From: Amphiscolops sp. MND2022
Taxonomy: Eukaryota
Direction: 5' to 3'
Assembly: GCA_964187785.1 (NCBI GenBank)
Contig: OZ076411.1
Location: forward strand, 68,572,001-68,636,000
DNA length: 64,000 bases
Shown: in pieces, positions 22,496 to 34,417 of the stretch
Numbering within the stretch: position 1 is the stretch's first letter
Layout: each line of letters opens with the position of its first letter
The notes under the pieces: model-generated
The model's database searches: none
What the model was told of the DNA's origin: nothing
What the model saw: only the letters and a program-made list of their open reading frames with translations
Made by a program: the position numbers and the translations under genes

Positions 22496-23704
22496 TGTCA
22501 TGTCCCAATAGCATGAGGAAGATACAGAAACTCTAGAAACTATTTATTTTATACAAACTCTTGAAAGTACAAATCGCCATATAACAGTACTAAAGTGAAA
22601 AGAGTGCTAAACAGTGAACCTAAACAAATGACTACCGGCCTATCCAGTAGTCGAACGCAGTTTATACATTCAACCATTAACATTTCAATGCTGCACCTAA
22701 ATAGCAACACAATAACGACTGGAACTAACAGTCGTCAACGAGTACATATACTGATACCAATAATTATTTTTCTGTATTGTTTGATTATACATGCAATTAT
22801 GACTGGAATCATCAGTCGTCAATGTCATATTTCATCAGTTTGTCAGTTTAAACGCAGTATTTAAACATATATTCCCACATGTAAGACTGGAGTACTCAGT
22901 CATCGTTCTCATCTATTCAACACAGCTGTGAAGTTTATCAAGTTTCAATAAGTACACGTTCGCGCAGTTACCAACATATTTGATCTTATTTTATGACATC
23001 GAGTGCAGTATCGGAATAGTTACCATGACTACCGAAACATACGATCATTACTTTAATCCGACAGTAGAAAGTGTAAAAGCAGGTGCTAAAGCCATTAAAG
23101 CGTAAAATAGTATTGAAATGGTTAGTGCAATAATTGGTTGCTATAACAACCGGTACTCGCGGTCGTCTCTTCAGTTGAAGTTGAAAGTAGTGCTCAATTA
23201 ACACCTGCAAAGTGCGAAGACGCTAGAAGGTGAAAGGCGTCTAATCAGAAAGCAGCCATTACGACCTTTTCTACCTTGCTACACGGTTGCTGAAATATTA
23301 ACAAAATATCAACATTTTAGCATACGATTTTACTTGTATTCCAACTTTAGTACTCCAACAAAGTCTTAAAACTTCTCATACTTCTATCTTCCATGGTAAA
23401 TACAAGATCTCAAACTCGTGACAACAATACGTTAGAGCGCACAAGAATGAGCGATAATGAAAGCGAAGCCTGTTTCCCTGAAGTCCTTACTAAGGAACAA
23501 ATTATAGAGTTTGACAGTCATGATATCTTGAATCGACAAAACAACACTGAAAGGAACGTGATCGACCGACAGTTTAACGAAATGAATAGACAAATCGGAG
23601 AACTTACTGACTTAGTATTAGCCCTTACTCAGCAAATATCCTCAAATCTAGCGAAGGGAATGGACTGAATACGGTGACAACTAGTACCAACAGTCGTTCC
23701 GACA
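22496..23704 (+). mobile_element. Solo LTR (1209 bp) with 5-bp target-site duplication
   Basis: CTTAG|TGTCA...CCGACA|CTTAG: TG..CA termini and identical CTTAG flanks (22491-22495, 23705-23709). Confidence 0.9.
23393..23668 (+). pseudogene. gag-like N-terminal ORF (91 aa, MVNTRSQ...) lying inside the solo LTR
   Basis: MxxTRS start and coiled-coil segment (DRQFNEMNRQIGELTDLVLALTQQ) are typical of retroelement Gag N-termini. An alternative frame (EGNGLNTVTTSTNSRSD) stays open to the LTR end. Confidence 0.6.
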
Positions 23705-24959
23705 CTTAGTTGTCTTAAAAAAAAGAAAAGTCATTGTTATAGTCTGAGTTTTTCTACGAAACGCGCGGACCATAAAAGTCACTGTTATAATCTGCGTTTT
23801 TCTACGAAAAGCGCCGACTAAAAAGCGTTTATCGCTAGGCCAAGCAATATTGTAAAGTTTGTTGAAAATTATGAAAGGGGAGGTTTTGGAGACAGTGACG
23901 AAAAAAACGCCAATGTACGTCTAGGACTATGAGCAGGATTGCGGTTGAAGGTCATTGGAGAAGTCAATATTTTATTGATAATTATTTGATCTGATTTGAT
24001 GCATAATACGTTTAGCACCCCGTGTATAAAGGCTATAAACAAGCTAATGAACATGATTTTAGTATCTTTCAGTGAAATTGACAACAGTTCTGCGAAATGA
24101 CCGAAAAGGCGCAATCCATTTTAAGTTCACGTCAATCAATTGTCGTTGTCCATTTTCACTCTCGTTGTGATATCATTTACACTGTTACGCGGCTTGAGTC
24201 AGGTCGGTTCATTTTTCATGGTGTGCTTTTTCTTTCAAACACTTGAAAGAACCTAGCTCGACATTTTTAACAGTAAGTTTTGCAATTCATACTTGTGAAA
24301 AACGTCGACTGAAAAAAAACTTGCCTCTCTAATAGTCTAGACCGAGATAAATTTTGCATTTCCAAACAAAATAGTGAAAATACCTGTCCATTTTGAATTG
24401 AAAGGACCTCACAGCTACGAGAGAGAAGCCCCAGTTTTTATTAAAACGATCAATTGGTAATCACCAGAATATTTTTAACATTTATACTTGTATTCATTAA
24501 ATTGATTTTCATCGCGGCAAAAATCTAAATTTTATTATTAATTTATTTGTATTTTATCACTCAAGGCGAATTTACCATTCACCAATTTTGTAATAAAAAT
24601 GGATTTTTGGTTGGTTGCATAATAATCAGTATACTCGATGCAGTGTCATCACTTCAAAAGACTACCGAAAGATGTGACACTGTTGTAAGTCTTCGAGTCC
24701 CGACAAAAGTCGCGTCTTTGTTGAATCTCAGGATCCTCTGCGTCACTAAAACCGGACTGATCAAACGAATTTTTCATCGAGTGTTGATTTTGGCAGCTAA
24801 TTTTTATGTAGTTTTCAAAGTATTGTTTGAGTAGTCCTTTGACAAAAACTGTAATTCCTAAACTTTACTATGTTTGAGAAAAACTGATGCTCACGCCTGT
24901 AAATCAAAGTCATGATAAAGGATGAAAAACAAGATAAAGACGTCTCATGTCGGCGCATT

Positions 24960-26860
24960 ACTTAAGACTAAAAAGGTGCATAGTCTTTTAAATATGCTCA
25001 GAGCGGTGTTCAAAACATTATGAATCTCACAGTGCCGAAAACAACTAAAGGACGGCTCTTTGGGCTCGCAAAATGAATTTTCCTTTTCAACAATTTTGGG
25101 AAAAGTATCATTACCTACTCTCATTACGTTTTTAACCTAAAAAAAACAACTGGAAACAAGACTTTGGCGAAAAGAAAAAATAGAAAAAGTCGCACAGTTT
25201 CAAAAATTTCAAAAGGGGACTGAAAATCTTTGTTTTATTAGAATTTGCGAAAAGAAGAAATGCTTATGTTCTATTGGAAGATGCTAGCATAGTTTAGTTT
25301 GAAACCAGAACAAGCCGGGAACGGCCAAAGTCGGCGCTATATCTAAAGCTCAAATTGCGCGAAGTTTTTAAAATTGTAAAATGGGGACCCTTTGTAGACT
25401 TTAAAAAAATTTCAAAAAAGTGAAAAAGTGAGATTTTTGAACTGTGACACAGTGCCGAAAAATGTAAAAGCCCTTTGGGACCTTTGGGATTTTTAACAGC
25501 CATTCCGTTGCAAAATATCAAAACAAATCAAGGGGACAAAAAGTCTCACAGTACCGAATAAAATCTCTGTGAAAAACACCAAGATTCAAGATGGCCAAAG
25601 AGGGGATCCTTGATATGTTTTCGAGGTTCTGGACGTCTGCTTTGTTTATTTTCGGTTTGGACGAGGTTTCGAGGTTTCGAGTGTTTTGAACCTCCGTAGT
25701 TCAAGTTGTTGAACAAATGAAAAAAAGTGGACCTTACGCGTAAAAAAACTCCCACAGTAAGAGTCTCAATTTTCTTACTTTTCTGAAGCGCCGACTAAAA
25801 TGGCAATAGTGAGTTACGAAAGACCACCTTGTTTGGGCAGCCGTGAAACATGTTTTCCAAATAAGTTCAAAAACTATTATTGTGAAATCGCATCAATTTC
25901 ACTGTGCCGGAAACACTCGAAGAGATAATGTTCAAACTAACACTCTAAAAACACGTTTCCTCAAGAATCGAATGTTTCAGGGAATCTTTTCGAAATCTTT
26001 TTCCTCGGGACTGTAGTCACACAGCCAAACCATGGTGAAAAATTCCGAAAGCGATCGTTTAGACTCGCAAAGGAGTTTTCTTGGTTAGAAACATCAAAAA
26101 CTTTGTCCGATGCGTTCTTCGTCGAAAAAAATGCACTTGCTCGAAACTCGAACTCTAAGCGTCGTGTTTGCCGAGCGGCAAGACACAGGCGTCTTGAAAG
26201 AGAAATCATAGAACAATTGTGAAAAACACAAAACCCATATTCAAAAATTTTTTCTTTAGAAAAACAAGGTTCACAGCACTGAAAAAACAAGACGGGAACG
26301 TCTAAAATCGGCGCTATATCTAAGGCTCAAAAAGCGCAAAAGACTTTTTTTTGAAAAAAAACTTGAAATTTTTGAATTTTTTTCTTTCAGAAAATGTCGC
26401 ATAGTGCCGGAAAATGTAAAAGGCGGACCCTTTGGGCTTTATTAACATATATTCTGTTGAAAAATATCAAAAAACTCGAAAGGGTGACTCTTTTGAGACA
26501 TTAAAAAATTTTCGAAAAAAGTCGCACAATGCCGAAAAAAATCGAAAGGGGGGACTCTTTAGTCTCGTCCGGTTTTGTAGGTTACGTTAAAAAAGTAAAA
26601 AAAAATGAAAGGGGGGACCTTTTTGCACTAATTTCCGCAGACTGGACTTGGCCTTATGGTAGTAGTTTTAGTAGTTTCGATTGTAAGAAAAGTGGCCCAA
26701 TCAGAGTGAGATTGCAGTCTGACGAAAAAAAAAGAAAAAAAACTAGCCACTGTAAGAGTCGGGCACATTTCACTAGAAAAGCGCCGACTGAAAAAACTAG
26801 CCACTGTAATAGTCGGGCACTTTTCACTAGAAAAGCGCCGACTAAAAACTCTCGTTAACG
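24960..26860. repeat. Cluster of nested or tandem copies of the same interspersed repeat family, including 54-bp tandem units
   Basis: CACAGTGCCGAAAA and GGGGACCCTTT blocks at about 25030, 25380-25490, 26400-26430 and 26525-26620. CGGCGCTATATCTAA at 25333 and 26309. Two 54-bp units CTAGCCACTGTAA..GCGCCGACT start at 26743 and 26797. Confidence 0.75.
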
Positions 26861-28031
26861 TATGCCAAATCAGACCCAAATGTCCATCCTGGGATTCGAA
26901 TGTACCTTTGTATGCAGTTACGCAATCACCCACTACACCAAGTGGTCGCGCGTTTTTAATGTAACGGCACTCCCTGGAAAACCATAGTAGTCGATATTGG
27001 AATTTAGAAAAATTCTAATTCGATTTGTGACGTGGCACTACGCGTATTATTGTTCTTTTCGCTGTTTCCGCCATTTTCAATGCAAAGCGAAGACGAGAGC
27101 AGAGTGAGGAAGAACACCGCGATCAAAATAGCGTTAAAACTCATAGAGACTGTGGAAACTTCTTGGTACACTGTTTTCGAGGCACTAACAATAGGTTTTA
27201 TTAATTTTCAGCATTATGCTATATTAAGTGGCAAAAACTGGAAACTTTTTGCAATGGCTGGAGGCTATTGAAGAGTTCTGGAGTGTAGCATATAATAATG
27301 AGAAGGTCCAGCAGACTTTCTAAACGAAACTTCTTTCGGCCCCGTTGGTTAATAGCGTAGTGGTAACGCAGATTGCTAAGTAATTGAAATGCACATCCGG
27401 TTTTTTAGGTCTAATTTGAGTGGATTAGTCATGAAAGTCACAAAGACAAAAATAGACCTCTAGAACACAAACTTCAAGCCATAGAGTACCTTTCCAAGCC
27501 AAAAACGAAAAAAGACCCCAGTTCTTATTGCCAGCTTTGGTAATGCCAAGACTTGTGGCTGCAACCGCCACAGTCACCCAACTTTTTCAAGCCGACATTT
27601 TTCAAGTGTCGACGACTGAACACGCCCATACCGGCGAAAACATGAAACTGTGTGTAAGAACAGCTCCAATTTCATAAATATACTGAGAACGGATGTCAGT
27701 GCAAAACTACTGGTGGCAACGTTTCGGCAAAAACAACTGAATAGTCTTTGTCAGTTGATTTCCACCAAAAAGAAAACACGTTGCTTGCAATGAAATGTGA
27801 CGTTTCGTGGAATCTCGGTGCCACTAATTCAACAATACCGTTCAAACAAAAAATTCAGTGGGCGACTCACGCAATAATTTGACCAATCATTACTTTTTGT
27901 CAATCATAGTCAATCATATTGCTACCTAAAATTTTGCGTATCTCACTTCAATTGCAATTGCACCGACGCAATGCCACGAAGCGTATCAGGGCGAAATCGC
28001 CATTAATGGCATCGTAGCGCAATACAAATGT

Positions 28032-28394
28032 GGAATCTCTTTCACTATATCCCCCCCTTCAGCAAAAAGGGGACATAGTGAAACGCTATTAAATACATGT
28101 ATTGCACTTTCTAATAGCGCAGATCTGCTCTTATCTAACAACGCTTCTGATTGGCTGAGTGGGGATTTTGATAATAAGAACCATTAAAAAGTGTCGTTAG
28201 TTATGACGACATCAATTCATTGACAGAATAGCATGAGAGATTAGCCAATATAAATTAGAGAGATTAATGCCAATCAGGAGAGAGAGAGCCAATAAATGAG
28301 AGATTAATATAAATGAGCCACAAACATTCTATTTGTCTAGGGGGGACATAGTGTAACGAGTGATATAGGGGGGGGACATAGTGAAAGAGATCCC
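28032..28394. mobile_element. MITE (363 bp) with about 25-bp TIRs and AAATGT target duplication
   Basis: GGAATCTCTTTCACTATATCCCCCC versus the reverse complement GGGATCTCTTTCACTATGTCCCCCC; AAATGT at 28026-28031 and 28395-28400; internal GGGGACATAGTG copies. Confidence 0.8.
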
Positions 28395-29646
28395 AAATGT
28401 GTGTATTAACACAATTCCTTTAGCAGCAGTTTAAGCCGATATCGAAGAAGTGAAGAGTGAAGAGCTTATATTGTTTAAAGGTGGAAGATGCTGCACCATT
28501 CAGACTTGGAAATTGATGTGCGGGAGACCAAAAAAATTGTTTACTGATATCCCAAATTTGATGTCAGAGGCGACGAAAGATCAAAATTACTAGAAATAAT
28601 GGTGTTTTTTAAAAAAACCTAGCAACATGGCTCAATTCTAAAAGAGTGCCTGCTAAACAAAAAGAAGCTGTCAACCAAATACAGGCTAGTTTTAACAGCC
28701 CAAACATGAAAATTAACGAAACTTTGTTAGGCTAGCATGATTTTGCTATTGAACATCTGGTGATTTTATTTGAACAACTGGACCTCAATCAAATATTTTT
28801 TTTTTCATTTCAAAACTTGAGTCGAAGTAGTTCTCAATTGTTCTACTGGTAAGTAGACTGGTAAGTCTACAACTTTTTGTAGGATGACGTTTCTTTCGAA
28901 TGGCGATGCATCTTAAACTCATAAGTTAAATTTTTGTTTTTGGATTTGCTAAACTTAGCAATTAGTCGGCAAGTTTTGTTATTAACCAAAATGAAAACAC
29001 GTGATCGAGAATCCGAAAACTAGTGAGTCGTATGATTATATGCAACATGAAAGAAAAACTGGATCATATGCTGCTTCGATTAATGACCATTCAAAATAAA
29101 CGAGATGAGTTCTCGAATCATAAAACAATCTTGAAAACCTAATCGTTTTGAAAATAAAGAGAGTAGTCGTTAATGTAATCATCTTGAATGGCCTAATCGG
29201 CTAAAAAAAGTAGTCAAGTCTCGGACATGTCAAATGATTCTGTTGCAATAATCACAAGACCAGTTTTCGGTTCAAAAAATTTGACGTCGCATTTTTGCAC
29301 AAAAATGAATCGAATAATCTTTTTGTGCCAGACTTAAACTAGCAGACCAAACTGAGGAGATTGGTCTGAAAAGCAATCTTTAGATCAGATTTTTTGAAGC
29401 TTGCGAAGAGACTTGAATGCTTAGCAGTATTGATTGGTTTCAATTAGATAGAAGACTGATACTGTAATTCTCAGCCACCTTTCTCTTTTCTTCCTTTTTG
29501 TTATCACGTTTCCTTATTACACAATTAACCAATCCTACGTTTCGCAATACAACTATTTTTTTCATGTTTTATATTCAAGAACAAATGAACGCGTAGAGTA
29601 CAGTCGGTTGTTTTTGAACGTTCGCTTTTGAAACAGGTATTACGTA

Positions 29647-30700
29647 ATGGCATGTTTAAACATTGAAATTGCATTGTCTGAAATTGAAGATGGCGCTACA
29701 AAAAAACTTATTGAGTTCTTGTTACAACAAAATGCAGCAAAAACCAAAGAAATTATTGAACTGAGGAACGAAGTGTGCTCACTAGAACAACGAATTACTC
29801 TACAAGAACGGTATTCTTCCAAAAATTCAATAATTTTTGAGAATTTACCATGGGACGGTAAGCAGTTTTTACCTGATTTTATTACCAGCTTCCTCGGTGA
29901 GTACCTAAATTTTCAATCAAAAACCCGGGCAATTTCAAAGCCTGCCATGTTCTTGGGCGAGGACAATTGAACTACCCTCCTGCAGTCATTGTCGAATTCA
30001 TCTATTTTCATGAAAAGAATGAAATTCATGGCAGAAAAGAAATGTTGATTGGTGTGAAAAACTGGATGAATGGAAAACATATTTTTATAAAGGAGAGACT
30101 TCCACCAAAGGACAAAGAATTACAAGTATATGCAAATGAGCAAAATCTGGTGACCCGAACACAAAACTGCCAGGTTCAGTTATTGGTCGAAAAAGATGGA
30201 ATTCGCAAGAACATTGATGTAAATAGCAGAAAGACAATTGATGACAGTCTACCAATTGCGGTGAAAAAGAAACTGAAGGTATTCCCAGTAGCAAGGAACC
30301 ATGGTGAAGAAAGAACCCCACAGATCAATGGGGTTAAAAAGTTGGCTATGTGTAACACGACAGAAGAAAAACTAATGGTCGCTGACAAAATAACTGAAAC
30401 TTGTAGTCCAGATGCCAAACTACCCGACCTACGATCATCTCCGTCATCCTTGACGTAAAAAGGATGCCAGTCAAATTTGAGTTTAAAACATTTGTAAAGT
30501 GAACGCTCAATTTAAACAACCTTTTTACACTGGCATTGACTTATACGATGAACAACAATCAAAAACTCAATTGTGTGGTAGGGAAGTTAACAATTTTGTA
30601 TTATAACATAAGATCAGTATCAGCAAAAAACAGGCTCCACATTGAGAAATTTAGACGTTTAATATTGTTAGTATAACCTTTCGTGAACAATCAAATATTG
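29647..30700 (+). mobile_element. 5' portion of a LINE: frameshifted ORF1 (coiled coil plus RRM-like, L1/L2/Crack-type) and start of the APE endonuclease
   Basis: LEQRITLQERYSSKNSIIFENLP, an off-frame ACHVLG near 29940, and PPAVIVEF...IFIKERLP. LTILYYNIRSVSAK at about 30590 resembles the APE start. Confidence 0.75.
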
Positions 30701-31115
30701 GAAATTCCGGCTAGATAGAACTGATCAATTCATTACAAGTGTATAAAATTTGAGTACCAGATGTGAAATCTCTACCACACACACACAAAAAAAATTTTTG
30801 TTCCAATAATAAGGATCCTTTTTGAAAAGCCTAGTGTTTTTAGGGGTCCTTTTCAGGGGCTTCTATGCTAATTCTTTTTGTTTAATTTATTTTATTGCCT
30901 GTTGTTTATGCCCTTTGATGAAATAAATTAATTTTATTACTATTAAAAAATTAATTTCAAAAATCTCAGCTTCATTCAGAAATAAAAAAACTTGCAGAAC
31001 TTCACGGCTTAAAACTTTCGCCTAATTTTTGATGAATTTTTCACGCAGTTTAGTATATCTATAGAAGTCAAATACAACTGGAAAATGTTTTCACCTAAAA
31101 GTCTCCGTTTGAGTT

Positions 31116-31949
31116 CCCGTACTGAGATCCCATCGCAGTTCATCGATGGCCATCGAAGTCCCATGGGGCATCGATGGGAATCGAAATTTTCGATCACAAA
31201 AATTTGTTCGACTTGGCCATGTTCAAAATTTCAACAAAACTCGTCAGTCTCTGTTTTTTTCAGTCTATTTAAGCTTTGTTTGGGACTTCGAGGATGCCCA
31301 AATATTTTAGTCGGAAATGAAGTTATACAGAGTTATCCATATTATTTATCTTTGTGAAAAACCGGATTCTGCTGATTTTCCAAGGAAAAAGCACCTTCTC
31401 TTTTGATACAAAAACATATCTTAAGAGGCAAATTTCTGCATATGTCAGATATTTTTTCTTCCCACAAGCAGATGGTTTTCTCAGCAATGGGAGCTTGATT
31501 CCGTCGCGTTTTCATACGTATAATTGCAATTTTGCCAGGTTTTTCTGATTTTCCAGAGAAAACTTCCAAATTTGTTTTATATAAATACGTATATTTAGAG
31601 TCAAGTTTCTGCATATTTCAGATATTTTTTCGTCTTACAAGCAGATGGTTTTCTTCACCAATGGAAGCTTGATTCCGTCGCATTTCCATGCGAATAATTG
31701 CAATTTCGCCAGGTTTTTAATTTTTTTTTCAAACAATTCAAGGGCAAGGCTCCGAAATAAGTAATTTTCAGGCTCGCGAATGCTTACTCAGGCTCAAAAG
31801 GAAATGAGAGTCGTTTAAAAATAGATATATTTAACTCTAAAATGCTCCACAAGTGCCCCCATGCGCTGGGCGATAATTCAAATCCCATCGATGGCCATCG
31901 ATGGTCCATCGATGTACATCGATGGGATTGAATGGAGTCTCAGTACGGG
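31116..31949. mobile_element. Non-autonomous DNA transposon (834 bp), CMC/EnSpm-like, with CCATCGATGG subterminal arrays
   Basis: TT|CCCGTACTGAGA...TCTCAGTACGGG|TT (TIR, 2-bp TT flanks). Repeated ATCGAT palindromes inside both ends; internal duplication of about 110 bp at 31435 and 31607. Confidence 0.85.
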
Positions 31950-32099
31950 TTATAGAAAATAATAAAAAAGTTCACGCAGTTCGAACAAGGGAAGAGATCT
32001 TATTATAATAAAAAAACTATATCAGCTTTCGGCGAAGCGTTCTCAATGAATACATTAATCTGGCATTAACTTTTTGATCCTTAAAGAATTGAACGACAA

Positions 32100-32827
32100 A
32101 TGCCATCAACTTCTTCCGAAGACAAAGAAAAAAGTGGTTACATGCCTTGGGAGTTCAAGCGACAAAGACCAGACAAACTCCCAGGTTTGCAAGATGTCTG
32201 GAGACTACCGGAACTGCCGGAAGGTCAAACATGTTGCGGAGAAGGTCAAAAATGTTTCTACTTTTCCTGCTCGAAATGTGCCTCAAAATTGGCACATGAT
32301 GTTTTGAATCCCGGATATGAAACTAGCATGCAATATATTCCAAGAATATCCTGCATTCCGCGGCCTGAACCTTTCAAAGAAGACAATAAGTATCACGGGG
32401 AAATTTATGAGATGTATTTGAACTATTTTGCCCAAATGAACCCACCTTTGAAAGGTGTGGCGATCAACGGTTGGGGAAATACCAATGCTGCTAATCTCTT
32501 CCACAATATTGCAAACACGTTCAAGGGAACGGGGAAGTTTGAAAAGAGCAAAGACTTTGAAATTGATTGGATTATACTCAACGGCTCAAGCATCACCGTG
32601 ATTGAAGTGAAAGAAAAATCTGAAACTTCGAAAGGCAAAAAGAAAAACTTCGAAACCAAAGTAGATCAAATCAAGAAAGACAGAGTCATTATGCAACGCC
32701 TGATGGAGGTTACAGGCACCGAAAAGACACGTGTGAATTACGTAATTGCCTGTCCCAATGTATCAATCACGGAGGTGACAGATGGCAACTTCTTGGGAAG
32801 TCACTGTCAGTTCCTGAAAGACATTGT
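32100..32827 (+). CDS. NERD-like PD-(D/E)xK nuclease-domain protein, first coding exon (ORF open to 32846 if unspliced)
   Basis: 248-codon stop-free ORF with HGEIYEMYL...DFEIDWIILNGSSITVIEVK...DQIKK...VNYVIACPN, the E/D-x11-EVK/Q pattern of NERD (Pfam PF08378). Cys cluster CCGEGQKCFYFSCSKC. GTTAGT donor at 32828. Confidence 0.75.
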
Positions 32828-32946
32828 GTTAGTTGTTCAAAACTAGTCATTTGGGTTTGTTTCAAATATTCACTCATTAGCTTTCTAAACAAAGGCAAAG
32901 GTTAGCAGAATATCTAATCTCAAATACTTGAAATGTACTGTTTTCC

Positions 32947-33190
32947 CCAGCACGTTATACCCGAATTTTGGACCTTAAATCCGAAGTAAGTTGCGTTTCA
33001 CTAAGGAGGAGGCAGAGGTTCGGAAAAAGCGCTCCCATTTGTCCCAGAACGCTATGTTCGAATTTTTGACAATTGTTCCGAACTGAATTGTTTTTACTAA
33101 GGAGCAAACGCGGAGGTTCGAAAAAAGCGTTCACATTCAGCCCAGCACGCTATATCCAAATTTTTAGCACTGAAGAGTAGACGAAGGTTC
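32947..33190 (+). repeat. Degenerate tandem repeat, period about 97 bp, about 2.5 copies (in the predicted intron)
   Basis: Units start CCAG(C/A)ACG(T/C)TAT at about 32947, 33043 and 33142 and share ACTAAGGAG..GAGGTTCG. Confidence 0.6.
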
Positions 33191-33722
33191 GAAAGTATTC
33201 TTTTATATATCTTGTACAACAATAAAAATGCAGTATATCCGGATTACTGATTTTTTTCCTAACTGCGCCTTGCCAAGCAGGGGGTGAAAATTTTCGTGTC
33301 AACTAGCCGTTTTGGACCCCTAGATGCAAGAACTGAGTTTTATTTTTCAGGTGAATTTTTACTTGGGTTGCTCGATACTTCTTTGAAACAATTTAACTTG
33401 AATGTATCATCTCGTTCCCCAAAAGTGTTTTCTAAAAATTATACAAAAAAAATCTAAGAGTCACGGCGCTTCTTATATGAATGTCTTTCCAGTATAATCT
33501 TGTTGTTTTTTGCATTGCAGTTTTATGAATTACTCCCAGCAATTTCAAAAAACTGTAATAGATAATGAAAGAGTATAAGGAAATAGATTAGGATAAATGA
33601 AAGAAAAAATCATTCTCCTCAACCATTTTACAGCGACGATAATCTGTTAAGGTTGTTTAAGTGACAATGTTTGCCTAAAATTTGTTAAATCAAGTTGGAG
33701 TTAGTTATATGTTTGTTTTCAG

Positions 33723-33985
33723 GGGTGCTGGCGATACTATCAGTTTCATCTCAGAAGAATGTTTTACGCATAGACAGGTTTACAAGTATAATCAAAACTC
33801 GAACGAACTCGAAAGCATGGATTTCAGATTTTTAATCAAAGAACCGACTGACAAGAACAACACGGCAGACCCCGTAAACAATCTTGCATGGGACGAGAGA
33901 TACAAGCACTTGTCAGCGACACTGATTTTGTCTATACTGATCATCGGCAACGTAATCGATGACAAACCCCAACACTTATACCCAC
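33723..33985 (+). CDS. Probable second exon of the NERD-domain gene
   Basis: Acceptor TTTGTTTTCAG at 33722 in phase 2 matches the exon-1 donor (..FLKDIV|GAGDTISFISEECF..). Open frame ends at a GTTAGT donor (33986). Confidence 0.5.
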
Positions 33986-34057
33986 GTTAGTAATACTTCT
34001 ATCTCGTTTTTCCTAAATTAGAAAACTCTCAAAGTTATTTTTCTATAGTCTCTGCAG

Positions 34058-34417
34058 AGACTTGTTTCTAATTCGAATACCTCCTAAAAATCTTGTAATA
34101 GATTTTATTCAATCTTTACCCACTTGACATTGACTCTTCTTTTCTTATCCTTGTCATTCAGATACTCCAAATTGAACATTGAGTCGACGGGTGCTAAATG
34201 ACAGAGAGTTAGGTAAACGTGATCTTGTATTTCTCAACTTTTTACACTTAGAAAAAGGCTCCCAAAACCATGGAACAAGAAAACAAAATTAGACGTTAAA
34301 TCATTTCTACATACTATGATATCATGAAAAGAAAAGAAGATTGAATGTCAAGTGGGTGAAGATTGAATAAAATCTATGACAAGATTTTCAGGAGGTGTTC
34401 GAAATAGAAACAAGTCT
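34058..34417. mobile_element. Foldback MITE (about 360 bp) with about 90-bp inverted arms
   Basis: 34058-34146 (AGACTTGTTTCTAATTCGAATACCTCC...) is the near reverse complement of 34327-34417 (...GGAGGTGTTCGAAATAGAAACAAGTCT). No clear TSD. Confidence 0.85.

Larger units (their letters stand above)
21840..23830. repeat. Copy of an abundant interspersed repeat (GTGCCGAAAA..GGGGACCCTTT family), interrupted by the solo LTR at 22496-23704
   Basis: The same blocks recur at about 25020-25560, 26300-26860 and 41440-41700. The family's tail units (..AAAAGCGCCGACTAAAAA) resume at 23710-23825 after the LTR. Confidence 0.7.

Noticed and set aside
26743-26850. CRISPR-like reading of the 54-bp tandem units (also 35340-35530)
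   Set aside because: Units are whole-length repeats without unique spacers, there are no cas genes, and the context is eukaryotic.
27340-27410. tRNA-like 5' half (TAGCGTAGTGGTAACGC, A-box/D-arm)
   Set aside because: No convincing anticodon stem, T-arm or acceptor pairing; at most a decayed SINE head, not a tRNA gene.
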